A stretch of 64,000 nucleotides of DNA from Rectinemataceae bacterium. GTDB lineage: Bacteria; Spirochaetota; Spirochaetia; Treponematales; Rectinemataceae. Positions within the stretch are counted from its first letter, which is position 1. Each line of letters starts with the position of its first letter. The position numbers and the translations under genes were made by a program. Below the pieces are notes generated by a model. That model was not told the DNA's origin, made no database searches, and worked only from the letters and a program-made list of their open reading frames with translations. The stretch is from contig DATKVC010000001.1 of the NCBI GenBank assembly GCA_035530275.1, forward strand, positions 5,791-69,790. Direction: 5' to 3'. This document shows positions 10,607 through 20,361 of this stretch, one piece after another.

Positions 10607-12118
10607 ATGGACATTATTTGGCAATCGATGGTCGCGGTCTTCAACCCGCTCACCTTCGCTCTCATCCTGGTCGGCACCCTCTGGGGCATGATAGCCGGTG
10701 CCTTGCCGGGCCTCTCCACCTCGATGGCTGTCATCCTCCTCCTCCCCTTCACCTACGGCATGGAGCCTGTGAGGGCCATCGTCATGCTCGTCTCCTGCTA
10801 CGTCGGCGGCGCTGCCGGCGGCTCGATCTCGTCGATCCTCATCAAGACGCCGGGGACCCCGGAGGCCGTCGCCTCGACCTTTGACGGCTATCCGATGACC
10901 CAACAGGGCAAGTCCGGAGAGGCACTGGGGCTGTCCATCACGGCCTCTTCCTTCGGCACCATATTCTCCGCGCTGGTGATGATCATCGCGGCCCCGGCCC
11001 TGGCAGTAGTCGCCATCTCCTTCCAAAGCGCGGAGTACTTCGCCCTCGGGCTCCTGGGGCTTTCCTGCATCACCAGCATCGGCGCGAAAAACCAGCTCAA
11101 GGCCGTCCTTTCCGTGCTCATCGGCGTGGCCGTCTCGACCGTGGGCATCGACGGCATCAACGGGGTCGAGCGATACTCCTTCGGCCAGCCCTTCCTCATG
11201 AACGGCATCAACTTCATTTCCGTGATGATCGGCGCCTTCGCGATCGCCGAGGTCCTGAAGAACATCGAAGAGACCAGCACGCGCCAGGCCGGCACCTCCC
11301 TGCGCATCGCTGGCAAGATCTCGATGAAGCTGATGAAATTCGTCGACATGCTCAAGATGTGGAAGACCTTCATCGTCTCGTCGGTGATCGGCGTCATCAT
11401 CGGCATCATCCCCGCGGCGGGCGGCTCCATCGCGAGCCTCATCGCCTACGGCGAGGCGGCGCGATCCAACAAGGACCTCCCCAAATTCGGCGAGGGCAAC
11501 CCCAAGGGAGTCATCGCCCCCGAGTGCGGAGCCAACGCCTGCACGGGCGGCGCCATGGTGCCGACCATGGTCCTGGGCATCCCAGGCAGCCCGGTCACCG
11601 CCATCATCATGGCGGCCTTCATGATCATCGGGCTCAGGCCCGGCCCCCTCCTCCTCAGGCAGCAGCCCGTCCTCCTCAACGCCGTCTTCCTCGGACTCCT
11701 CGCCTCGGCCCTCCTCCTTTTCCTCTTCGGGCGCTTTCTCTCCCGCCAGTTCGGCCACATCCTCAAGCTCCCCTACCCCCTCCTCGGCACCTCGATCGTC
11801 CTCCTCGGCGTGGTCGGCGCCTATTCGCTCGGCAACAGCATCTACGACGTCATAGTTATGTTCATCTTCGGCCTCGTCGGCTACTTCTTCGATAAGTTCC
11901 AGTATTCGCCGGCCGGCATGATCCTGGGGCTGATACTGGGCGGCATCATAGAAAACTCGCTCCGAAAGCAGATCATAATCGGCGACGGTTCGGGCTGGGG
12001 CCTCATCACCCGCCCAATCGCCCTCGTCATCCTCCTTCTCGCGATCTTCACCTTCGTTTCGCCGATGATCACCAGGGCCCTCAAGAAAAAAAAACCGGTC
12101 GCCGCCTCTGAAGAATAG
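10607..12118 (+). CDS. tctA: tripartite tricarboxylate transporter large permease
   Basis: 503 aa polytopic protein; the LPGLSTSMAVILLLPFTY region is typical of TctA. Confidence 0.9.
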   Translation: MDIIWQSMVAVFNPLTFALILVGTLWGMIAGALPGLSTSMAVILLLPFTYGMEPVRAIVMLVSCYVGGAAGGSISSILIKTPGTPEAVASTFDGYPMTQQGKSGEALGLSITASSFGTIFSALVMIIAAPALAVVAISFQSAEYFALGLLGLSCITSIGAKNQLKAVLSVLIGVAVSTVGIDGINGVERYSFGQPFLMNGINFISVMIGAFAIAEVLKNIEETSTRQAGTSLRIAGKISMKLMKFVDMLKMWKTFIVSSVIGVIIGIIPAAGGSIASLIAYGEAARSNKDLPKFGEGNPKGVIAPECGANACTGGAMVPTMVLGIPGSPVTAIIMAAFMIIGLRPGPLLLRQQPVLLNAVFLGLLASALLLFLFGRFLSRQFGHILKLPYPLLGTSIVLLGVVGAYSLGNSIYDVIVMFIFGLVGYFFDKFQYSPAGMILGLILGGIIENSLRKQIIIGDGSGWGLITRPIALVILLLAIFTFVSPMITRALKKKKPVAASEE

Positions 12119-12235
12119 TGCAATTATTCTTTTTTAGGACGGGGTCTGCCGGAAGGCGGACCCCGCCTTCTCATGGCAGCCACGCGGAAAAGCCCGCCTG
12201 ACGACCGGCGGAAGAGCGTAGATCGCCATACTCGC

Positions 12236-12262
12236 CTCGATGAAAATGGATCGAGCTTGACA
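12236..12262. promoter_or_regulatory. inverted repeat CTCGAT-N8-ATCGAG abutting a TTGACA hexamer upstream of the LysR gene; candidate autoregulatory site / -35
   Basis: Seen in the sequence only; no convincing -10 was found. Confidence 0.25.
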
Positions 12263-12327
12263 ATGGCGGGAATTGGGCCATCTCATGATCGTCACGCACA
12301 ATCCTCGAAGGTCCAGGGAGAGGCAGG

Positions 12328-13215
12328 ATGAACGATCGAGATTGGACCCTGATCAAGACGATCGCGGAGGAAAAGAATCTCACGAAGACGGCCGAAAGGC
12401 TTTATCTTTCCCAACCCGCGGTCACCTATAGGCTTCGCATCCTGGAAGAGGAATTCGGGGCAAGGCTCGTCGTCCGCACCCCGAACGGCGTCATCCTGAC
12501 GCCCCAAGGGGAGCTTCTCGTCGAATATTCCGCCGACATGCTTCTCCGTCTCGCCCGGACCAAGGAACTGATATCGGGCTACGGCGACAAGGTGAAGGGA
12601 AGGCTCCGCATCGGCTCCTCGGCCATCTACGCGAACTACAAGCTCCCTCGACTTCTGCGGGGTTTCCTCGAGCGCTATCCCGAGGTGGAAATATCGCTAA
12701 AGACGGGACGAAGCGGCCAGGTCGTCAGGATGCTCGAACGCGAGGAGGTGGCCGTAGCCATCGTCAGGGGCGAACATAACTGGAAATTTGAAAGCCATCT
12801 CCTCTCCGAGGAACCGGTCTGCCTCGTCTCAAAGCGTCCCTTGGATTTGGCGGAGCTGCCCGGCCACCCGCGGATCGACTACGGAACCGACACCTCGCTT
12901 CAGGAAGAGATAGATGATTGGTGGCGGCTGACCTTTTCCACCCCTTCGACCGCGAGCATGGTGGTCGACACGATGGACACCTGCCTTCGGATGGTGGTTC
13001 AGGACCTCGGTTGGGCGATTCTTCCCTCGATCGGCCTCGAAGGTCTGAACGACCTCCGCATCGTGCCCCTTCGTTGGCCGGACGGAGAAGCCCTGATCAG
13101 ACGCAGTTCCATATTCTGCGGTTCCCACGCCGCCGAGCTGCCGGCCCTGCGGGCCTTCGTCGATTTCGTTATTGGCGAAACGGCGGAGGGCGACGAGGCC
13201 CGCATAGCCGGCTAG
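12328..13215 (+). CDS. LysR family transcriptional regulator
   Basis: N-terminal wHTH (NLTKTAERLYLSQPAVTYRLRILEEEFG) plus a LysR substrate-binding domain. Confidence 0.9.
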   Translation: MNDRDWTLIKTIAEEKNLTKTAERLYLSQPAVTYRLRILEEEFGARLVVRTPNGVILTPQGELLVEYSADMLLRLARTKELISGYGDKVKGRLRIGSSAIYANYKLPRLLRGFLERYPEVEISLKTGRSGQVVRMLEREEVAVAIVRGEHNWKFESHLLSEEPVCLVSKRPLDLAELPGHPRIDYGTDTSLQEEIDDWWRLTFSTPSTASMVVDTMDTCLRMVVQDLGWAILPSIGLEGLNDLRIVPLRWPDGEALIRRSSIFCGSHAAELPALRAFVDFVIGETAEGDEARIAG

Positions 13216-13257
13216 TCGCTCCCCCGGCGGCCCCGGGGGAGCGGGGAGCCGAGGCGT

Positions 13258-14043
13258 CTACCCCGCGAAGGCCATCACGGCGAACCTGATACCCACAATT
13301 ATGAGAATAGGCGCGATGATGAGGTTGACGACCTTGTTGAGCTTTTCCGACCAGAATTTCCCGACTATGAGGGCCACGAGGGTCACGAGGACGAACTCGT
13401 AGAGGGCGAGCACGAGGGACGAGACCGCGGGAACCGCGACGAAGGCGAATTGAGTCGCCATAGCCGCCCAGGCGGCGGCCACGATGCCCAAGGAGGCGAA
13501 GGCGTAGGCGCGCTGGGGATGATGGCCCATCGCGTTGTTGTACAGGGGGACGGCGAAGGGTTTTCCGCCGGCGGAGATGAGGCCGGCGAGGAAGCCCGAA
13601 CCCAGGCCGACGGGGGCGAGCAGGCCGATGTGGGCCTTCGACTCCCTTTCGGGCAAGGGCTTGATTATGAGAATCCTGAGGCCGACGAAGACGGCATAGA
13701 CGCCGAGCACGAGGAGCAGGGTCTTCGGCTGGAGGGCTGCCGCGAGGAATCGCCCCCCGACGCCGCCGGCGATCGCGGGCGGCACGATGAGGAGCCACTC
13801 CGCGCCGAAGGCTGGGCCCACGGCCTTCAGGGCCTTCCTCTGCCTGAATACCATGAGGAGGGCGGCGAGGGCCACGACGGCGAGGTTGACGACGATGGCG
13901 TCAGCGACGGGCAGCCCGACTATGCCGACCAGCATGATGACGAGGAAGACCCGGTCGACCCAGGACTTGATCGAGGAGGTCACGAATCCCACGATGAGGG
14001 CGGCCAGGAGGCCCTTCAACAAGATCGCTATGCTGAGCATCAT
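13258..14043 (-). CDS. TauE/SafE family sulfite/anion exporter
   Basis: 261 aa, 7-8 TM segments, internally repeated glycine-rich helices typical of TauE/SafE. Confidence 0.7.
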   Translation of the reverse strand: MMLSIAILLKGLLAALIVGFVTSSIKSWVDRVFLVIMLVGIVGLPVADAIVVNLAVVALAALLMVFRQRKALKAVGPAFGAEWLLIVPPAIAGGVGGRFLAAALQPKTLLLVLGVYAVFVGLRILIIKPLPERESKAHIGLLAPVGLGSGFLAGLISAGGKPFAVPLYNNAMGHHPQRAYAFASLGIVAAAWAAMATQFAFVAVPAVSSLVLALYEFVLVTLVALIVGKFWSEKLNKVVNLIIAPILIIVGIRFAVMAFAG

Positions 14044-14054
14044 TGCGCTCCGCC

Positions 14055-14411
14055 TTAATTAGGCTGGGCGAAAAGCCATTCGAGGGCTTGGGCGCTGTTG
14101 GAAATCACGGTCGAGGATTTGGAGAACTTGGCCACGGCGATGGCCTCCATGATCTCGCTCCTCGTCGCGCCCGCTTCCTTCGCGGTCTTCACATTGTTCA
14201 GGATGCAGACGGGGGCGTCGAGAGCCACCGCGGCGCCAAGGGCTACCAACGCCTTGTATTTCATCGGCAGGCCCGTCTCGGTGAAGACCGCAGCCCTCGA
14301 ATCGAGGTGGGCCAGCGCGCTTTTTTCGTCGAGGGCGCCGAGGAGTTCGAGAGGACGGGGAACTTCCCTGCCCATTTTCTTCATCGCCTCGAGTCGTTCA
14401 GTGATACCCAT
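14055..14411 (-). CDS. carboxymuconolactone decarboxylase (AhpD-like) family protein
   Basis: ALDEKSALAHLD...LPMKYKALVALGAAVAL...EAGATRSEIMEAIAVA is typical of the CMD family. Start at MGITERLE (ATG 14411) with AAGGAG upstream. Confidence 0.7.
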   Translation of the reverse strand: MGITERLEAMKKMGREVPRPLELLGALDEKSALAHLDSRAAVFTETGLPMKYKALVALGAAVALDAPVCILNNVKTAKEAGATRSEIMEAIAVAKFSKSSTVISNSAQALEWLFAQPN

Positions 14412-14482
14412 TCGATCGCTCCTTGCTCTAACAATTGGCGGAACCAGGTTCCGCAAGAAGAATCACGCGAAGATTCGCGGGT

Positions 14483-15556
14483 TCATATTTCATCGACGAA
14501 GGATTCGATCAGCTCTCGATTGGTTTCGATGAGCCGCTCGGCTATGTCCCGGAGGGCCTGGATGTTGGCGGGACTCGCGTCGTCCATCTCGTGGCTGCAG
14601 CCTTCGAGCCGTGTCGTGACCCTGAGGTAGCGCGCGCCGGTAATGCGACGGAGCATGTGGTTGACCGATTCGCTCTGGCCCGCGGCCATGATCGAAAAGA
14701 GGGGCAACCTCTTCATCGGGTTGATCCATTCGAAGAATCCCCAATTGGAAATTTCCTCGTAGGGGAAGCCCTCGGCCTGTTCCCCCGTCCCGAGGGAGAG
14801 GATCTGGTATTCATCGGCGTCGGGAAAGAGCTTCGTAGCCTCGATGTAGGCGTGGAGCGAAGGGTTGCTCGCGAACATCGAACCGTCGACGAGGCAATAT
14901 TTTTTTCCGTTCGTCGGAACGGGTTCGACAAGGGCAGGAGGAAAGAAGGTGGGAGCGGCCGTGGAGGCCCTCGCGGCATCCCTCATGTTAAAATCGAGGT
15001 CGTCCTGCCAGGCGAAACGCCAGGGCCTGTTCTTCATGCAGAGGGGCTGGAGTTCCTTCGTGTCGAAGCTCGTGATGAGGAGATTGGTGAGGCCGTCCTT
15101 GAGGGTCGCGTCGCCGAAGGTCTCGGATAACACGCGTTCGAGCCCCGCGCCGTCATACTTGTATCTGAACGCGTGGACTGTCGCGCGAATCCTACCGCCT
15201 GCTATGGGGGGAAAGATCTCCTGCCCTCGTCGAACGTAGAAATCGACGATATCGCCGAGAGACAGGGCCGGCTTCTGCGACAGCCCGTCCCGGAGCCCGC
15301 CCGACGCGGGAAGGGACTCCGGCAGTGCGAGGCCGAGACCGATGAGGGCCCCGGTCGAGGTTCCCGCGATGAGATCGAAGACGGAGGCGAGAGGCCGTCC
15401 CTTTCCGGACTTCTCGAGACGACGGTCGATTTCGGCGAGGAAGAGGGCGGGAATGAGGCCGCGGATTCCCCCGCCGTCGATGGAGAGTATCCGCCTCACG
15501 TTTCGTCGAGGCTTCGCTACGCTGGGGGTCTCGCCCACCCCGTCCGACGCCTTCAT
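14483..15556 (-). CDS. patatin-like phospholipase
   Basis: DGGGIRG oxyanion motif, GTSTG nucleophile elbow and a C-terminal DG(S/A) dyad. Start at MKASDG (ATG 15556) with AAGGAG upstream. Confidence 0.85.
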   Translation of the reverse strand: MKASDGVGETPSVAKPRRNVRRILSIDGGGIRGLIPALFLAEIDRRLEKSGKGRPLASVFDLIAGTSTGALIGLGLALPESLPASGGLRDGLSQKPALSLGDIVDFYVRRGQEIFPPIAGGRIRATVHAFRYKYDGAGLERVLSETFGDATLKDGLTNLLITSFDTKELQPLCMKNRPWRFAWQDDLDFNMRDAARASTAAPTFFPPALVEPVPTNGKKYCLVDGSMFASNPSLHAYIEATKLFPDADEYQILSLGTGEQAEGFPYEEISNWGFFEWINPMKRLPLFSIMAAGQSESVNHMLRRITGARYLRVTTRLEGCSHEMDDASPANIQALRDIAERLIETNRELIESFVDEI

Positions 15557-15624
15557 CTTCGCTCTCCTTTGACGACCCCGGCTCGGCGGCAAGGTCGCCG
15601 CCTCGTCGGGCTTGGGTCATCCGG

Positions 15625-16521
15625 CTACTTTATGACCGCATTGAAAAGATAGCCCGTCAGCATGATACCGACCGCAACGACCCCGAAATAGGTGACAAGG
15701 AGCTTGGGCTTGAGCACCTTGCGGAGGATGATGGCCTCGGGCAGGGACAGGGCCGTGACGGCCATCATGAACGAAAGGGAGGTGCCCATCGCCATGCCCT
15801 TCTCCATCAGCACGTTGACAATTGGTATGACTCCGGCGGCGTTCGAATAGAGCGGTACGCCGATGAGGACGGCCAGGGGGACGGCGTACCAGACGCCTGG
15901 ACCGGCTATCTTGACCAGGAGGTCGGCGGGGGCGTAGCCGTGCATGAAGCCGCCGATGGCGATGCCGACGAGGACGTAGGGCCAGACCTTGCCGACTATC
16001 TCCCCCACGTAGCCCCAGGCGTAGGCCAGGCGGTCCTTGAAGGAGAGGGTTTCGATCACCGACTCGGCAGCCCTGATCTTGTAGACGTACTCCTCGACCC
16101 ATCGTTCCAGCTTGAGCCTTCCGATCAGGGCGCCGCTCAGGATGGCGACCACGAGGCCGCTCGAGATGTACAGAAGCGCGATCTTCCAGCCGAAGAGGCC
16201 CCAGAGCATGATGAGGGGCACCCCCGCCTCGATGAAGCCGATGAAGAGGGGGACGGCGGAGCAGGAGCAGAAGGGCGTCACTATGCCCAGGAGGGAGGCG
16301 AGGATGTTGCCGAGGAACTCGGGCAGCTTCTCGAGGAAGCGTTTCGTCTTTTCGGGAGGGAAGAAGCTTCTCACGAATGCGATGGCGAATATAATTATAA
16401 TTAATAGAAAGAATATCTTTCCGGTGTCGTAAATGAAGAAATCGAGGGCCGAGCCCAGGGCCGACTTCGGCGAGAGACCGAAGACGCCGAACACGAGCCA
16501 ATCCGAGAAACGCTGCCACAT
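15625..16521 (-). CDS. permease of the DUF318 / ArsP-like family
   Basis: Polytopic protein with a TPFCSCSAVPL motif. Co-oriented with a small thioredoxin-fold gene and divergent from arsR. Confidence 0.75.
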   Translation of the reverse strand: MWQRFSDWLVFGVFGLSPKSALGSALDFFIYDTGKIFFLLIIIIFAIAFVRSFFPPEKTKRFLEKLPEFLGNILASLLGIVTPFCSCSAVPLFIGFIEAGVPLIMLWGLFGWKIALLYISSGLVVAILSGALIGRLKLERWVEEYVYKIRAAESVIETLSFKDRLAYAWGYVGEIVGKVWPYVLVGIAIGGFMHGYAPADLLVKIAGPGVWYAVPLAVLIGVPLYSNAAGVIPIVNVLMEKGMAMGTSLSFMMAVTALSLPEAIILRKVLKPKLLVTYFGVVAVGIMLTGYLFNAVIK

Positions 16522-16537
16522 GGTCGTTTCCCGGGCT

Positions 16538-16780
16538 CTAGTTCGCTCTCGTGAGGAAATCGGCTATCTGTTCCTTGGTGAGGACCCTGCCCGAGCTCTT
16601 GACCACGCCGTCGACGGCGAGTCCGGGCGTCGACATCACGCCCATGCGCATGATGTCCTCGACGGCGGTGATCTTTTCGATCTCCGCGTCTTCTAAATGA
16701 AATTCCGCGATGGCCTGACGGGCATGCTCCTCGAGCAATTTGCACCTCGCGCAGCCCGAACCGAGAATCTGGACCTTCAT
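16538..16780 (-). CDS. thioredoxin-fold protein (redox-active disulfide protein 2 type)
   Basis: MKVQILGSGCARCKLLEEHA with a CxxC motif, about 80 aa. ATG 16780 verified; the ORF-track start at 16834 is unlikely. Confidence 0.8.
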   Translation of the reverse strand: MKVQILGSGCARCKLLEEHARQAIAEFHLEDAEIEKITAVEDIMRMGVMSTPGLAVDGVVKSSGRVLTKEQIADFLTRAN

Positions 16781-16807
16781 TCCTCGCCTCCTCTTCCCGA
16801 TGCAAGT

Positions 16808-16829
16808 ATGTTGCATATATTGGCAACAT
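16808..16829. promoter_or_regulatory. inverted repeat ATGTTGC-N8-GCAACAT in the divergent promoter region; candidate ArsR operator (ACATTGCAA recurs near 16827 and 16870; second IR GTCAAG-N5-CTTGAC at 16841-16857)
   Basis: Read directly from the sequence, between the trx-like/permease operon and arsR. Confidence 0.45.
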
Positions 16830-16886
16830 TGCAAAGATAAGTCAAGCAGAACTTGACAAATGTTTCATAACATTGCAACTTTACGG

Positions 16887-17249
16887 ATGTCTATGGCAAA
16901 CACCAAGCGCTACGAACTCCGGGTCGAGGTCTTCAAGGCCCTCGCCCACCCGATGCGACTCATGCTCCTCGACAAAATAAGGGAAAGGCCCCGTTGCGTC
17001 TGCGAACTCGCGGAGGAGGTAGGCATCGACAAGTCCGTCGCCTCGAAGCATCTCTCCCAACTCAAGAGGGCCGGGCTCATCGACGATGCGAAGCGTGGCA
17101 CCCTCGTCGAGTACAGCCTCGTGGCGCCCTGCGTCCTCGATCTCGCCTCCTGCGCCGAGGGGGCGATCGTCGCGGCGAGAAAAAAGGGAATGGCTGAGGC
17201 TGAGGCGGGAGCGGAGGCTGTTGCGGAAGCGGGAGCGCCGGCGACCTAA
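16887..17249 (+). CDS. arsR: ArsR/SmtB family metalloregulator
   Basis: wHTH with HPMRLMLL and a CVCEL motif, equivalent to the ELCVCDL As(III) site of ArsR. Start uncertain (16860, 16887 or 16893). Confidence 0.85.
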   Translation: MSMANTKRYELRVEVFKALAHPMRLMLLDKIRERPRCVCELAEEVGIDKSVASKHLSQLKRAGLIDDAKRGTLVEYSLVAPCVLDLASCAEGAIVAARKKGMAEAEAGAEAVAEAGAPAT

Positions 17250-17253
17250 TCCC

Positions 17254-18318
17254 CTATGAAAGCCTCGTCGCGTCGACGAGGCCGAGAAGGTACTGGGAAC
17301 CGAGGGCGCGATCGTGCAAGCCGTAGCCAGGCCTCCCCTCCTCGCCCCAGATCATGCGCCCGTGGTCCGGGCGGAAGGGCCCCGAATAGCCGCGGCCAAG
17401 CAGGGCTCGCACGATGCCCGGAAGGTCGAGACTCCCCGCCCGGGCCCAGTGGGCGCTCTCTTGGAAGGATCGCGGACCCGTCACCTTCACGTTGCGGAGG
17501 TGGACGAAGGCGATACGATCGGCGAATTCCTCCGCCATGGACACGAGATCGTTGCCGGGGAGGACGCCGAAGGACCCCGAACAGAGGCAGATCGAATTGG
17601 CCGGCGAATCGACGAGAGCGAGGAGCCTGCGGACGGCGGCCGAGTCGACAATGATCCGGGGAATACCGAAGATCGGCCAGGGCGGGTCGTCGGGATGGAT
17701 AGCGAGGCGCATGCCGAGTTCCTCGACGACGGGCACTACGGCCTTGAGGAAGTAGGCGAAGTTCGACCAAAGCTCCTCGGCGCTGATCTCGCGCCATCGG
17801 TGAAGAAGCCTGAAGAGCTCCGAGCGCGAATAGTGGGCGAGCCAGCCGGGGAGTTCGAGATCGCCCTCTAGGGGGTCCATCCGGGCCACGACCTCTTCGT
17901 CGTAGGCCAGGGCCTTCGAACCGTCGGGCAAGAGCTTGTGGAGATCGCTGCGCGTCCAGTCGAAAACGGGCATGAAGTTGTAGGTGATGACGATGGGTTC
18001 CTCGGAGCCCGAGGGAGAGGGCGGACCTAGGGCCTCGGCGACCGACTTCGCGCTCTCGATCCAGGCCTCGATGCGGGCGTCGCGCTCCGGCCCGCCGTAT
18101 TTGATCTCCTCGTGGACGGGGATGGACTCGATCACCCGCCAGTCGAGGCCGGCCGCCTCGATCTTCGAGCGGAGGTCGGCGACGCGATAGACGGGCCAGG
18201 CCTCGCCGGGCCTGAGGTCGTAGAGGGCGGCGACGATGCCCCTAAGGCCGGGTATCTGCCTGATCCGGTCGAGACCGACGGGATCGGCCTCGGCGTACCA
18301 GCGGAAGGTGAGGACCAT
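17254..18318 (-). CDS. uxuA: mannonate dehydratase
   Basis: MVLTFRWYAEADPVGLDRIRQIPGL N-terminus and about 354 aa are typical of UxuA. Confidence 0.8.
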   Translation of the reverse strand: MVLTFRWYAEADPVGLDRIRQIPGLRGIVAALYDLRPGEAWPVYRVADLRSKIEAAGLDWRVIESIPVHEEIKYGGPERDARIEAWIESAKSVAEALGPPSPSGSEEPIVITYNFMPVFDWTRSDLHKLLPDGSKALAYDEEVVARMDPLEGDLELPGWLAHYSRSELFRLLHRWREISAEELWSNFAYFLKAVVPVVEELGMRLAIHPDDPPWPIFGIPRIIVDSAAVRRLLALVDSPANSICLCSGSFGVLPGNDLVSMAEEFADRIAFVHLRNVKVTGPRSFQESAHWARAGSLDLPGIVRALLGRGYSGPFRPDHGRMIWGEEGRPGYGLHDRALGSQYLLGLVDATRLS

Positions 18319-18369
18319 GTACGGATTATCGGCGCGAAGGGCGCGACGATGAAGGGTCGGAGCCTACCC

Positions 18370-20361
18370 TCATCCGGCTTCGTTATTCCTGATGCGCTCG
18401 ATCTCGTCGCGAAGGATGGCCGCCTGCTCGAACTCGAGGTTCTTCGCGTGCTCGAGCATCCGCGCCTCCATCGCCCTGATGAGGGCCTTTTTCTGCTCGG
18501 GCACGAGGATATTGTGGGAGCGCTTCAGGAGATCGATCTCCGAGCCCGCCTCGTCCAGCCTCTCCTCGTGGTGGCGTTCGAGGATGTCGTTGATGGCCTT
18601 CTTGATGGTGATGGGGGTGATGCCGTGGTCGGCGTTCCAGGCTTCCTGGAGGGCCCTGCGGCGCGAGGTCTCGTCGATGGCGACGCGCATGGCCTCCGAC
18701 ATGCGGTCGGCGTAGAGGACGACCGAGCCCGCCGCGTTTCGCGCCGCCCGGCCGATGATCTGGATGAGGCTCGTCGCGGAGCGGAGAAAGCCGATCTTGT
18801 CCGCGTCGAGGACGGCGATGAAGGAGACCTCGGGCAGGTCGATGCCCTCGCGGAGGAGGTTGATGCCGACGAGGATGTCGTACTCGCCCTGCCTCAGCTG
18901 CTTGAGGATTTCGACACGCTCGATGGTCTCGACCTCGGAATGGATGTAACGGACCTTGAGGCCGAGGCCGGCGAGGTACTCGGTGAGCTCCTCGGCCATG
19001 CGCTTGGTGAGGGTGAGGATGAGGCTGCGCTCGCCGAGGGCGATGCGCTTGCGCACCTCGGCGTAGATATCCTCCATCTGGCCCTCGCTCGGACGCACCT
19101 CGACGAGGGGATCGACGAGGCCCGTGGGTCGGATGAGCTGCTCCACGGGGGCTCCGGACTTACCCAATTCCACCGGGCCGGGAGTCGCCGAAACGTAGAT
19201 CGTCTGGCCGATGCGTTGCTCGAACTCTTCATATTTTAGAGGGCGATTGTCCATCGCCGAGGGGAGACGGAAGCCGTAGTCCACGAGGTTCTGCTTGCGC
19301 GCCCGGTCGCCGGCGTACATGGCGCCGATCTGGGAAAGGCTTACGTGCGACTCGTCGATGAAGGTGAGGAAGCCCTCGCCGAAATAATCGATGAGGACCG
19401 AGGGCGGCTCGCCGCGGCCGCGGCCGGAGAGGGGGGCGGAGTAGTTCTCGATGCCGGGGCAATAGCCCATCTCGGCCATCATCTCGAGGTCGTATTCGGT
19501 GCGGGTCTTGAGTCGCTGGGCCTCGACGATCTTCTTCGCCGCCATAAGGCTCTCGTAGCGCCCGTCCAGCTCGCCGCGGATCAGGTCGAGGGACTTCTGG
19601 ATCTGCTCCATCGGCAGGACGAACTGCTTGGCCGGCCAGATGACGGCCGTGTCGAGCTCCTCGAGGACTGCGCCCGAAATCGGGTCGAAGCGCCGTATCC
19701 GCGTCACGGTGTCGTAGTCGAGCTCGATGCGATAGGCCTCCTGGGACGAGGCGGGATAGACCTCGAGGACGTCGCCGCGGAGGCGGAAGCGGCCGCGCTC
19801 GAGGACGGCGTCGTTGCGCTCGTACTGGAGGGCGACCAGACCGCGCTTGACCTCGTCGATGTCGATATCCTCGCCCACCGACAGGGTCACGTTCATCTCG
19901 CGGTAGGACTCCGGGGTCGCGAGGCCGTAGATGCAGGAGACCGTCGCAACTATGACGACATCGCGGCGTTCGAGGAGGCTGCGGGTCGCCGAGAGGCGCA
20001 TGCGCTCGATCTCCTCGTTGATGTTGGCGTCCTTCTCGATGTAGAGGTCCTTGGAGGGAACGTAGGCTTCGGGCTGGTAATAGTCATAATACGAAACGAA
20101 ATATTCCACCGCGTTGTCGGGGAGGAAGGCCTTGAACTCACGATAGAGCTGGGCCGACAGGGTCTTGTTGTGCGAGATGACGAGGGCGGGGCGCTGGGCA
20201 GCCTCGATGACCTTGGCCATCGTGAAGGTCTTGCCCGAGCCCGTCACTCCCTTGAGAGTCTGCCAGCGACGTCCGGCCGACAGACCGGACGCGAGAGCCT
20301 CGATCGCCCTGCCCTGGTCCCCCGCGGGGCCGTAGGGCGCTACGACGCGGAAGGGTCTCAA
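18370..20361 (-). CDS. uvrB: excinuclease ABC subunit B
   Basis: GDQGRAI, Walker A GVTGSGKT, helicase motifs and a C-terminal UVR domain (FEQAAILRDEI). TTG start overlaps the htrA stop. Confidence 0.97.
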   Translation of the reverse strand: MRPFRVVAPYGPAGDQGRAIEALASGLSAGRRWQTLKGVTGSGKTFTMAKVIEAAQRPALVISHNKTLSAQLYREFKAFLPDNAVEYFVSYYDYYQPEAYVPSKDLYIEKDANINEEIERMRLSATRSLLERRDVVIVATVSCIYGLATPESYREMNVTLSVGEDIDIDEVKRGLVALQYERNDAVLERGRFRLRGDVLEVYPASSQEAYRIELDYDTVTRIRRFDPISGAVLEELDTAVIWPAKQFVLPMEQIQKSLDLIRGELDGRYESLMAAKKIVEAQRLKTRTEYDLEMMAEMGYCPGIENYSAPLSGRGRGEPPSVLIDYFGEGFLTFIDESHVSLSQIGAMYAGDRARKQNLVDYGFRLPSAMDNRPLKYEEFEQRIGQTIYVSATPGPVELGKSGAPVEQLIRPTGLVDPLVEVRPSEGQMEDIYAEVRKRIALGERSLILTLTKRMAEELTEYLAGLGLKVRYIHSEVETIERVEILKQLRQGEYDILVGINLLREGIDLPEVSFIAVLDADKIGFLRSATSLIQIIGRAARNAAGSVVLYADRMSEAMRVAIDETSRRRALQEAWNADHGITPITIKKAINDILERHHEERLDEAGSEIDLLKRSHNILVPEQKKALIRAMEARMLEHAKNLEFEQAAILRDEIERIRNNEAG

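Noticed and set aside
10583-11758. 391-aa minus-strand ORF, plus other frames over tctA
   Set aside because: It is antisense to a clear polytopic TctA permease. The translation is D/E/G/R/H-rich low complexity.
14483-15556. Patatin-like phospholipase as a CBASS-type or other defence effector
   Set aside because: No cyclase/nucleotidyltransferase, E1/E2/JAB, SMODS or other defence partner is adjacent. The neighbours are a CMD-family protein and an arsenic-type permease. I treat it as a stand-alone lipase.
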